Shown here one piece after another: positions 17,681 to 26,448 of a DNA stretch of 44,739 bases. The notes beneath the pieces were generated by a model, which saw only the letters and a list, made by a program, of their open reading frames with translations, searched no databases and was not told the origin of the DNA. The position numbers were made by a program, and so were the translations under genes. The DNA lies in contig CAYZOR010000002.1 of NCBI GenBank assembly GCA_964479895.1, positions 1 through 44,739 on the forward strand. Direction: 5' to 3'. This DNA is from an uncultured Candidatus Izemoplasmatales bacterium (GTDB lineage: Bacteria; Bacillota_I; Bacilli_A; Izemoplasmatales; Izemoplasmataceae). The number at the start of each line of letters is the position of its first letter. Position 1 is the first letter of the stretch.

Positions 17681-18275
17681 CACCATGCCACCTAAATATG
17701 AAAATACCTTAGGAGAGCGTGCGGTTGTTATCATCATCGTAAGTTTTCTAAGTTTAATCGTAAGTTTAGGGAGTATTGGAATACTTTTAATCCCTTCTTT
17801 TAAAGCGTCTTATCAAGCAATTTTTTATCATATCAAACACAATCAAAAACAAAAACCACTGATTAAAACGTATTTCAATGAGTTAACAAATTCCTCTCAT
17901 GTAATCATGTATTCATTTGTTTTTGTCGCGCTGCTTATTTTATTGATTATAGGGTTTATATTTTTAGAGGGATTGATTCTTTATGTCATGATTTACTTTT
18001 TATTATTCGAAACATTATTAATGCTTCTAAACGCTCCTCCTTTACTCGCTTTTATGGCGCTAGATGATTTTTCATCGCTTGTAAAAACCGTGTTTTTACT
18101 CGGACACCTTCATACATTGCCGACGGTTATCCATATCGCATTTATGGTTATATCTGCGATCATTTTCATACAAATTCCGCTACTTGTTATGCCACTATTC
18201 ATAGTTTTATTCGTTATCATTTATTTCGCGCTCAGTTCAACGGTATATTATAAAGTATTGAACGCTTATCAATAA
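17670..18275 (+). CDS. Polytopic membrane protein, DUF624/YesL-like
   Basis: 201 aa with about 5 hydrophobic helices. It overlaps the amidohydrolase 3' end by 11 nt. The start is uncertain (an alternative ATG is at 17685). Confidence 0.55.
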   Translation: MNDNTMPPKYENTLGERAVVIIIVSFLSLIVSLGSIGILLIPSFKASYQAIFYHIKHNQKQKPLIKTYFNELTNSSHVIMYSFVFVALLILLIIGFIFLEGLILYVMIYFLLFETLLMLLNAPPLLAFMALDDFSSLVKTVFLLGHLHTLPTVIHIAFMVISAIIFIQIPLLVMPLFIVLFVIIYFALSSTVYYKVLNAYQ

Positions 18276-18312
18276 AAAACCCTAATGATTTTAAAATCAT
18301 TAGGGATTTTTT
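18274..18312. terminator. Bidirectional Rho-independent terminator
   Basis: Palindrome CCCTAATGATTTT / AAAATCATTAGGG, flanked by an A-run upstream and a T-run downstream. It lies between the convergent genes 17670..18275 (+) and 18313..20343 (-). Confidence 0.85.
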
Positions 18313-20343
18313 CTATGAATTTAATGTTGATAAAGCGCCATTTTTAATGTGCGCCACCATCTTTTCAACAATCACCTCATCAAATTGTGTTCCAGCGTGT
18401 TTCTGTATTTCTTCTATGATGGTTTGTTCGTCCAACTTCTTTTTATAAGGCCGCGCTGTTGCCATGGTCGCAACCGCATCACAAAGGGCGATTATTTTAC
18501 CCCCTAAGGAGATATCTGTATCGTTCAATCCTTTAGGATACCCACGTCCATCAATTCTTTCATGATGCTCTGAGACCATATTTGCGATGGCTTTTAAATC
18601 TTCATTTTTATTCAAAACATCAAATGAGTATTCAACATGTTTTTTAATATGTTCGTATTCTTGATCATTTAATTTGCCTTTTTTATTTAAGACATCATAC
18701 TCCACCCCTAATTTGCCAATGTCGTGTAATAAGCCTGCCCAATAGATATCATTAATAAACGTTTGGTCATCACTGACCTGGCTTGCAATATCTTTAGAAA
18801 GCTTCGCAACATCTTCGCTATGGCCCTTAGTATAATGATCATAAAGATCAAGCGTCCTTACGAATGATAAAATAATATCCCTTTTGATTAACCGGTTTTG
18901 GCTTTCAATGTAGTGCTTTTTAAATAACCGGTTTAAAAGATTGGTATAATCTCTTATACGCTTTAATGTTGTAGTATTAATGGCACTGGTGTGCTTATAA
19001 TAATCGTGCGCCACAATAAATAACCTATCAGCTTCGAACGTGAACACTGAATAGATACGCGTTGTGGACTTAAGGGGTTGAAGCGAATCGGAAAATACGT
19101 AATTGGGATAATGTTTTTTGATGCTTTCACCTATGTTTTTATAATAAACCAAAGATTTCTCTTGCATTGTTTTAGAGTCATGAAGCGCATGTAAGAAAGG
19201 AATATTATCAAGGTCATATCCCCAAGCTATCACAGGTTCAATGGATCCTTGCGTCGAAAAATACGCAAACGAAGCATCGGTGTCTTCAAACAAAAAATTC
19301 GTTAGTTTAAATGTTTCTTTCGCAAAATGTTCCTTAGTAACATCTTGCGTTAAAATATCACTTGACAGGTCGAAAAATCGGTAAATATAATCAAAGGTTT
19401 TATTAAGCTCCTTATTTGACGTTTCTAAAAATTCGTTTTGTTCGCGGTGCGCTTCAACATAGCGTTTTAAAATTAAACTAAAGATAATGGCAATTGTCAA
19501 AAATCCAAAAGTGATCACAATACGTTCTAAAAAAACCCAAGGATCACTGGTGTAATTGATGATGTATGATAAACTTCCATAAGTCAGTAAAAATAAACTG
19601 TTTAAAGCTAAAATAATATAATAACTATACAGTAGACTCGCAACAATATAAAACGCCAATAAAACGTATATATGTCGGTATAATGTAAATTCAAAAACCC
19701 CACTGATTAAAAGCAATGTGGTGGTGATAAAAACAACAAAGAATAAAGCTTTTATAAAGGGACTTTGTGCCATTTTGAATTTATTAATCTTAATAGTTTC
19801 TTTTTTCCCCATCACGATAAAAGGTGTGAAAAATAAAAGCCCTGAAAAGGTTGCGATCAATACACTTACTAAACTGAAAAAAGAAGTGTGGTGGTGATAA
19901 CCAAATAGACAGTAAACAAACACAGAAACCCCTTTTAAAACAGATAGCGCTATCGCAAATCCAATAAAACCATATAGCGCATACAAGTATTTTTTTGAGA
20001 CGATGAATGTGTGGATATAGGCTTTATATAAGCGTAACCCAATTTCTATCAAAGCCATTAATAATAAAGATTTATAAAACGCAACAATAATATTTTCACT
20101 CAAAGCAAGCGATAAAAAGACTTCCCCTTTGAAAAAATACCCAAAAAGCGCCCCACAAAATATAAACAGATAAAACGTGCGATTAAAAAGAATGGCAATA
20201 CTTACCCCTATAGGGACACCTAAAGTAAGCAGCGCAAACGTATAGCCTTCAGGAATAAAAAATCCTTCAAGGCCGATCACAAGCATCATCATCAAACCAA
20301 AAAAACTGGCTTTTACTTCATCATACATCCACCATTTCCGCAT
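18313..20343 (-). CDS. Polytopic membrane sensor protein with C-terminal HD-GYP domain (paralogue 1)
   Basis: About 9-10 N-terminal TM helices and a middle cytoplasmic domain. The C-terminal HD-GYP motifs are HSEDVAKL, GLLHDIGK and HHERIDGRGYPKGL. SD AAGGAGTG. Confidence 0.8.
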   Translation of the reverse strand: MRKWWMYDEVKASFFGLMMMLVIGLEGFFIPEGYTFALLTLGVPIGVSIAILFNRTFYLFIFCGALFGYFFKGEVFLSLALSENIIVAFYKSLLLMALIEIGLRLYKAYIHTFIVSKKYLYALYGFIGFAIALSVLKGVSVFVYCLFGYHHHTSFFSLVSVLIATFSGLLFFTPFIVMGKKETIKINKFKMAQSPFIKALFFVVFITTTLLLISGVFEFTLYRHIYVLLAFYIVASLLYSYYIILALNSLFLLTYGSLSYIINYTSDPWVFLERIVITFGFLTIAIIFSLILKRYVEAHREQNEFLETSNKELNKTFDYIYRFFDLSSDILTQDVTKEHFAKETFKLTNFLFEDTDASFAYFSTQGSIEPVIAWGYDLDNIPFLHALHDSKTMQEKSLVYYKNIGESIKKHYPNYVFSDSLQPLKSTTRIYSVFTFEADRLFIVAHDYYKHTSAINTTTLKRIRDYTNLLNRLFKKHYIESQNRLIKRDIILSFVRTLDLYDHYTKGHSEDVAKLSKDIASQVSDDQTFINDIYWAGLLHDIGKLGVEYDVLNKKGKLNDQEYEHIKKHVEYSFDVLNKNEDLKAIANMVSEHHERIDGRGYPKGLNDTDISLGGKIIALCDAVATMATARPYKKKLDEQTIIEEIQKHAGTQFDEVIVEKMVAHIKNGALSTLNS

Positions 20344-20465
20344 GCTTGATCACTCCTTTATTGAAATTATAGCATATTTTCAAAAGGCAATAAATCAAAT
20401 TAAAGGAATTGCACGACGAAATAAAATGCTGTATACTAACAATACCTATAAAAGGGGTTGATAAT

Positions 20466-21320
20466 ATGAACCGTTTAGTTTACCGAGTCTCTGCTTTCCC
20501 TAAAGGCAACAAAGGCGGCAATGAAGCCGGGGTTGTTTTAGATACAGACAATATAACCAAAGAAGAAATGCAAACCATCGCAAAGCATGTTGGATATAGT
20601 GAAACAGCATTCATCTTTCCATCAAAAAAAGCAGATCTTAAACTTAGATACTTCTCCCCAACCACAGAAGTTTCTTTGTGTGGGCATGCGACCATAGGCG
20701 CGTTTAATCTATTGAGAAATTTGGATAAATTGGATAAAGAACTTTATACCATAGAAACCATGGATGCACTTTTAACCATCCGCATTAAACCAAATAGTGT
20801 TTTATTAGAACTGGATGCACCAACCATTAAAAAAGGTCCGAAGAAAAAAGAAATATTAGACATATTAAATTTAGAATCCCACCAAGTATTAAGTGACGAT
20901 ATAAAAGTCGTTTCCACAGGGATAGAAGAAATATTTGTTGAAGTCGATTCTTTAAAAACGCTTCATAGTTTAAAGCTAGATAAAACGAAAGTTAAAAAAC
21001 TTTGTAGTGAAACTTTATGCACTGGTTTATATGTTTACACCTTAGAAACGGAAGAATCCTACGCAACGGCACAAGGAAGAAACTTTTTACCTGTTATAGG
21101 CATTGAAGAAGAGAGTGCAACGGGGACAGCTTCAGGGGCCTTAGCAGTGTACTTATACGCCGAAAAAAACATTGAAAAAGATTTGTTCGTATTCGAACAA
21201 GGAAACGTTTTAAACAAACCTTCCTTAATTGAAGTAGCGCTTAGTAAAACAAAGCATCAGCTTCCAAAAGCTTTCGTCGGTGGCTCAATGCGCTTTATTG
21301 ACAAAATAACGAAATACTAA
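20466..21320 (+). CDS. PhzF-family isomerase/epimerase-like protein
   Basis: GNEAGVV and LRYFSPTTEVSLCGHATIG motifs. The ATG at 20466 has SD AAGGGG. A candidate promoter is TTGCAC-17-TATACT at about 20409-20437. The track TTG start at 20409 lies in that promoter. Confidence 0.75.
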   Translation: MNRLVYRVSAFPKGNKGGNEAGVVLDTDNITKEEMQTIAKHVGYSETAFIFPSKKADLKLRYFSPTTEVSLCGHATIGAFNLLRNLDKLDKELYTIETMDALLTIRIKPNSVLLELDAPTIKKGPKKKEILDILNLESHQVLSDDIKVVSTGIEEIFVEVDSLKTLHSLKLDKTKVKKLCSETLCTGLYVYTLETEESYATAQGRNFLPVIGIEEESATGTASGALAVYLYAEKNIEKDLFVFEQGNVLNKPSLIEVALSKTKHQLPKAFVGGSMRFIDKITKY

Positions 21321-21347
21321 AGACTGCGACATTTCGTAGTCTTTTTT
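21320..21347 (+). terminator. Rho-independent terminator after the PhzF-like gene
   Basis: Stem AAGACTGCG / CGTAGTCTT (one G-U pair) with a 6-nt loop, followed by TTTT. Confidence 0.75.
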
Positions 21348-21417
21348 AGAATAAAAGTTATTAAATACTTAAAAAAATTACAAAAAATGCTAAAATGTAA
21401 GAAAGGGGGCATCTGCA

Positions 21418-24105
21418 ATGAGTGAAAACATGAACGATATAATGGGATTATTAGAAACACGCTACAAAGAGGTTGTTGAAAAAGATGCAAAAACGGATGC
21501 ATTGGTCGATGAGAAAAGAAACCAATTTACGTCTATAAGAAATGTGATTAATCAATCCATCTCGAAAAGTTTAAAAGCCATCGACACCAACCATCAAACG
21601 GTTGATAACCACTTTCAGAAATTGAGCGATCAACTGAAGGTTCTTTTTCATCGCCAATTACAAACCATTGATGAAGAACGGGATGTAAGAACCCATAACT
21701 ATGGGGTACAAAAAGATAAAGAAACATCCCTTTTAGCAAAAAATGATTTGGATAATAAACAAGCACGTAATAAAGTGAAAAAATCGTTTGATCAAAGCTT
21801 AAATGAAGCGGATCAAACATTTAACGATATCATCGCTCAAACCGAAAAAGCGATTGAACGTGCCAATACGCAACACTCTACCCAAATGCAAGAGTTAATC
21901 GATAACACGAACAAATACTTGGTGAACGCTTCAAAAATTGAGAAAGAAGCGTATAATACGTTCAACAAAGCACACGAAACCATCGAAGAAAAACGTAAAG
22001 CAGCATTGGATGCGCTTAAGCAAGAAAAAACGAGTGCTTTCCAACAGATCAGACAAGATCTACAAACTTTAAAAAAAGAATATAAAGATCACCTTAAACC
22101 TCTAGATGAAACCATTGAAAAATTAAAAACCAAACACGAAAAAGCACTAAATAAACTCAAAGAAACCCAACAAAAAGCAATTAATAAACAAGAAAGCTAT
22201 AAAAAAGAAGCGGAAAAACTCAATGATAAACCCAACGTTACTTATCATGAGAAAAAAATCAAACAACTTACAAAAGAACATACCGATGCCTTAGATGCTA
22301 AAATTAACGAACAAAAAGAAATATTAGACCCAGAGCTTAAAGCCAAAGATGATTTTATTGAAACGTATAAACAAAAATTCAAAACGTTTAAAGAAGAGGC
22401 GATTCAAACGATTTTATCGCTTGTTAAACGTGGTGAAATCATCCAAAACGATCACAACATTGAATTGGATAAAGCCAATAATATTTTAAATAAAAAATTG
22501 GCAGAGTATGAAAAACAAACAAAGAACATAGAATTAGACCGTAAAATTCAAAATTTGAATTATGAATTTACACTGGATGAAACCACTATGGTAGAAGAAC
22601 ACAAACAAAAAGTTGCACAACCTAAATATACCCTGAAAGAAAACGAAGCGACACTAAACCGTGACATTCAGATTTTAGAACTTGATACATCACAAAATAT
22701 TTACCAAAAAGACCATGACACAAAAATAGAAATCATGCAACATACCCATGATTTTAATATGAATGCTTTAGATAATTTATCAACAAAACTCAATTACTTA
22801 TATGAGTTTGACCGCGATACCCTGCGTCATTTAAAACAAAAGAAACATTTTGAAATCGATTACCAACACGAAACCATGCTCATGAGTCATTATAAATCGC
22901 ATTCTGAAGGCTACGCTGCATTAAAAAGCGAAGTGCTTTTAAATAAAAAACCTGCCTTTTATCAAGAAATTGACAATCGTTTAAAACTCAAAACCAACCA
23001 CTACAAAACGTTGATTAAAGAGGCGGAAAAAGAACATCAAAAAATGATTGACACCATCGAAACAACCTATAAACAAGAAAAAAGTATCTATCAAGAGCCC
23101 CTAGAAACGATCCGCAAAAAACACCGCGCCATTATGGATGCCTTTTTAGCCAACCAAGCAAAAGAACGATCCAACATTCAAGAACAAATCGATGAACTCG
23201 ATGAAAATAAACATAAAAAGAAAGTATTAAAACTTAAAAAAGATCTTTCGTTTTTAAAACACGAACAATCAGAAGCATTAAACGCTAAAAAAAGACAATT
23301 AGAAAGTGCCAAAAGCGCCTATCAAAACATGCTTGAACTGATTGAACAAAAACGCGAGCAATCCATCGAAGAAGCTGAAACCTTACTTTACCATACGACT
23401 GATCAATACAATTTAGCCATCGAAGACGCTAGAAAATCGGCTCAAAAAGAAAAAGAAGCCTTGGACGGACATTATTATGAAATCAAACACCGCGCCAAAC
23501 TCTTTAATACCTTCCAAAGATCACGGAAAGATGAAACCATCAAAAAAGCTTTTGATTACAAGAAAAAACGCAATCAAGACAACGATGCGACACAAGAAAA
23601 ATCAGAAAAATTATTAAAAGAACAGCTCGATAAATTAAAATCGCACGAAGCCAATCAAAAACAAGCCCTAGACGATAAAATTGAATCGTTTGAAGCGTCT
23701 TTTGAAGACTATAAGCGTTCGACCTTAGCGGATAAAGATCAAAAAAGAAGCGTCCTTAAAAACGATTTTCAACAAGAAAAAGAAAAACTTGAACTCCAAA
23801 TCGAAAAACTTCAAAGCGCACATGAAAAAGCTTTAGAAACGCTTAAAAACAGATTTGAACAAGACAAAGATGCATTGTTTAAAGCCAAAGATAAGAACGA
23901 AGAAAATTATGAACACCGTATTCAAGAACTCGACCAATCCATTCAAAAAGAAATTGAAAGCAAACATGAGTTACTTAAAGAAACATTCAAACACTACGAA
24001 AACAATGCCAAACAATTAAAATCATCGGTTGAAGCCAATCCATTTGACACATTAGATGTTGATGCCATCGCATCGTTAGAAGAAACCATTAAACAACCGA
24101 AATAA
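21418..24105 (+). CDS. Large (895 aa) Lys/Glu/Gln-rich coiled-coil protein of unknown function
   Basis: Strong SD (AAGAAAGGGGG) and extended -10 TGcTAAAAT at 21388-21396. I see no TM segment, signal peptide, Walker motif or Cys cluster. Internal repeated motifs are YK..PLDETIEKLKTKH (aa 222-240) versus YK..PLETIRKKH (aa 551-569), and LNYEFTLDETT (aa 380-390) versus LNYLYEFDRDT (aa 458-468). Confidence 0.7.
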   Translation: MSENMNDIMGLLETRYKEVVEKDAKTDALVDEKRNQFTSIRNVINQSISKSLKAIDTNHQTVDNHFQKLSDQLKVLFHRQLQTIDEERDVRTHNYGVQKDKETSLLAKNDLDNKQARNKVKKSFDQSLNEADQTFNDIIAQTEKAIERANTQHSTQMQELIDNTNKYLVNASKIEKEAYNTFNKAHETIEEKRKAALDALKQEKTSAFQQIRQDLQTLKKEYKDHLKPLDETIEKLKTKHEKALNKLKETQQKAINKQESYKKEAEKLNDKPNVTYHEKKIKQLTKEHTDALDAKINEQKEILDPELKAKDDFIETYKQKFKTFKEEAIQTILSLVKRGEIIQNDHNIELDKANNILNKKLAEYEKQTKNIELDRKIQNLNYEFTLDETTMVEEHKQKVAQPKYTLKENEATLNRDIQILELDTSQNIYQKDHDTKIEIMQHTHDFNMNALDNLSTKLNYLYEFDRDTLRHLKQKKHFEIDYQHETMLMSHYKSHSEGYAALKSEVLLNKKPAFYQEIDNRLKLKTNHYKTLIKEAEKEHQKMIDTIETTYKQEKSIYQEPLETIRKKHRAIMDAFLANQAKERSNIQEQIDELDENKHKKKVLKLKKDLSFLKHEQSEALNAKKRQLESAKSAYQNMLELIEQKREQSIEEAETLLYHTTDQYNLAIEDARKSAQKEKEALDGHYYEIKHRAKLFNTFQRSRKDETIKKAFDYKKKRNQDNDATQEKSEKLLKEQLDKLKSHEANQKQALDDKIESFEASFEDYKRSTLADKDQKRSVLKNDFQQEKEKLELQIEKLQSAHEKALETLKNRFEQDKDALFKAKDKNEENYEHRIQELDQSIQKEIESKHELLKETFKHYENNAKQLKSSVEANPFDTLDVDAIASLEETIKQPK

Positions 24106-24128
24106 TACATCATTGAGGATGTAGTTCT

Positions 24129-25673
24129 ATGGAAAAAAACTTACGAAAAAATTTACTTGTTGTCTTAATTATCACCATTGCCATCTCATTTAGATTTCTC
24201 TTAGAATTTGTGTTCAACATTTTATGGGATGTCTATGACATATCATCAATCATAGGGTTCGTTATACGAACCCTTTTCGTGTTAATCTTTGTGATTATTT
24301 GGCTAGGGATCACCTTAAGAAGTGGTTCTCCGCATAACAAACTGCCTTGGTTATTAATTTTAACGTTTGAGCCTGTTTTAGGAATCACCTTATTTTTAAC
24401 GTTTGGCCGTAGTTTTCAAAATTCATTTCGTTTCCGTAAACGCCCCCTTATGAAAAACGGACAATACATAACACAAGAAGTGCCCCCTGGCACTTTGGAC
24501 GATAAGATGAATGCCTATAGCCCTTGGATTAAAAACTTAACAAAAAATATTCATCACGCAACGCATCATCAAGCTTTTATAAACGATACGCAAGTTGACG
24601 TTTTAAAAAATGGTGAAAAGTTTTATCCAGAATTAAAAAAAGCAATTCAAAGTGCTGAATCATTTATTCTTTTTGAATTTTTCATTCTTAGACACGATCA
24701 AAGAAGTCAAGAAATTGTAAATTTACTCATTGAAAAAGCCAATCAAGGCATCGAAGTTAAAATGATTATCGATGCGCTTGGAAGCGCTCGAACCAAGCGT
24801 AAATTTTTAAAGAGAATCAAAGACAACCATATTGATTTAATCATTAACGATAAGATTTATTTTCCTTTATTTAATACCAGAATTAACTATAGAAATCACC
24901 GAAAAATTGTTGTGATTGATGGGCACACTGGTTTTACGGGTGGCATGAACATTGCGAATGAATATGATAACTCTATTGAATATACTTATTATTTTCGAGA
25001 CACCCAATTAAAACTTAAGGGAAGCGCAGTTAAAAGCTTAACTGCCCTGTTTTTCAAAGATTATTATTATAATACCAATCAATTCATCAATGATGAAAAA
25101 TACTACCCAGAAGTATCACAAACGTCTAAAGGCCTTACGCAAATCATACAAAGTGGTCCTGATTCTTCTTATGCTCACATTAGAAACTTCTATTTAAAAA
25201 TGATTTATAACGCGGAAAAATCTATCAAAATTATGACGCCTTATATGGCGTTAGACCACGAAACGTTAACCGCTTTACAAACCGCTGCCCAAAGTGGTAT
25301 TCAAGTCGACATCATTATCCCAGGGATACCGGATAAATACATTGTATATAAAGTCACCAAATCATTTGTAGGCAGTCTTTTAGATGCCGGTGTTCGTGTA
25401 TATCATTATGACCCAGGATTTTGTCATGCAAAAATTTTAATCATCGACGAAGTGGTCGCATCGGTTGGCTCATATAATTTGGACAATAGAAGTGCTGTCA
25501 TTGATTTTGAAGTGACCACACTTTTAGTCGATCATGGGGTAAGTGAAATAAACATGCAATTTGAAACGGATAAAAACGCTTCAAGTAAAATAGATAAGGC
25601 TGTGTGGGATAACCGTCCTTATTTTTCAAGGTTCTTAGAAGGGATCATGTCAATATTTACGCCAATCATTTAA
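24129..25673 (+). CDS. cls: Cardiolipin synthase
   Basis: N-terminal TM helices and two HKD motifs: HRKIVVIDGHTGFTGGMNI and HAKILIIDEVVASVGSYNLDNRS. It starts 23 nt after the coiled-coil gene with no terminator between them. Confidence 0.9.
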   Translation: MEKNLRKNLLVVLIITIAISFRFLLEFVFNILWDVYDISSIIGFVIRTLFVLIFVIIWLGITLRSGSPHNKLPWLLILTFEPVLGITLFLTFGRSFQNSFRFRKRPLMKNGQYITQEVPPGTLDDKMNAYSPWIKNLTKNIHHATHHQAFINDTQVDVLKNGEKFYPELKKAIQSAESFILFEFFILRHDQRSQEIVNLLIEKANQGIEVKMIIDALGSARTKRKFLKRIKDNHIDLIINDKIYFPLFNTRINYRNHRKIVVIDGHTGFTGGMNIANEYDNSIEYTYYFRDTQLKLKGSAVKSLTALFFKDYYYNTNQFINDEKYYPEVSQTSKGLTQIIQSGPDSSYAHIRNFYLKMIYNAEKSIKIMTPYMALDHETLTALQTAAQSGIQVDIIIPGIPDKYIVYKVTKSFVGSLLDAGVRVYHYDPGFCHAKILIIDEVVASVGSYNLDNRSAVIDFEVTTLLVDHGVSEINMQFETDKNASSKIDKAVWDNRPYFSRFLEGIMSIFTPII

Positions 25674-25674
25674 A

Positions 25675-25692
25675 AGTATAAAAGTTTATACT
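25675..25692. repeat. 18-nt near-perfect palindrome
   Basis: AGTATAAA-AG-TTTATACT, immediately after the cls stop and upstream of the adenosyltransferase gene. No U-tract follows. Confidence 0.6.
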
Positions 25693-25741
25693 GAATTTAA
25701 ATAAGTGGTGTATTATATATATAAAAAAGAGGAGTGATTTT

Positions 25742-26281
25742 ATGGGCATTAATAGACTTGATCATATTTCAACAAAAAAAGGGGACAAAGGTCAATCAAA
25801 AAATTATTCAAATGAATCGTTATCAAAAGATGATATATTATTTGAAACCTTAGGAACCATCGATGAATTGAGTGCATTATTAGGGATTACCTATCATCAC
25901 ACAAAGTATGAACAAATTAAAATAATTCAAAATACCTTACAAGCGATTAATTCCTTAATCGCTACCAATCCAACCAATCAAGAACGGTATAAAGCTTTAA
26001 GACAAATCAATGAAAAAGACATTACATTCATTGAAGAACAAGAAACAAAGTTACTCCAACAAAAAAGTATTGAACCAAAATTCCATCTACCAGGCACCGA
26101 CACTTCTAAAGCGAACGCTTACTTTGATTACGCGAGAACAGTCGCAAGACGGACTGAACGGATGATGGTTCGGTTTATCAACCAAAAAGACCGCGATGAC
26201 CTCTCGTATTGTAGAAGCTATTTAAATCGCTTATCAGATTTATTATTTTTACTTGCAAGAAACTTTGAAAGCGCTAGATAG
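25742..26281 (+). CDS. PduO-type ATP:cob(I)alamin adenosyltransferase
   Basis: N-terminal TKKGDKGQS...SKDDILFETLGTIDELSALLGI matches the PduO/MMAB-type pattern. SD AGAGGAGTG. Confidence 0.75.
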   Translation: MGINRLDHISTKKGDKGQSKNYSNESLSKDDILFETLGTIDELSALLGITYHHTKYEQIKIIQNTLQAINSLIATNPTNQERYKALRQINEKDITFIEEQETKLLQQKSIEPKFHLPGTDTSKANAYFDYARTVARRTERMMVRFINQKDRDDLSYCRSYLNRLSDLLFLLARNFESAR

Positions 26282-26295
26282 AATGAAGAAATACA

Positions 26296-26448
26296 ATGGA
26301 TAAACGTGTCCCGGTTGCTATATTTGGAGTCATTTTGTTTTTTGGGCTTTTATATATTGTATTTGATTTAGACCCTATTTTATTCTTCATTGTTGAATCG
26401 GTTTTAATCTTTGTTTTAATTTATTATATTATTGAAAGGGTGGAATAA
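26296..26448 (+). CDS. Possible 50-aa two-helix membrane peptide (below the ORF-track cutoff)
   Basis: My translation is MDKRVPVAIFGVILFFGLLYIVFDLDPILFFIVESVLIFVLIYYIIERVE. It fills the pduO-degV gap exactly, and its TAA is immediately followed by the degV ATG (TAAATG). No good SD, so the call is tentative. Confidence 0.35.
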   Translation: MDKRVPVAIFGVILFFGLLYIVFDLDPILFFIVESVLIFVLIYYIIERVE

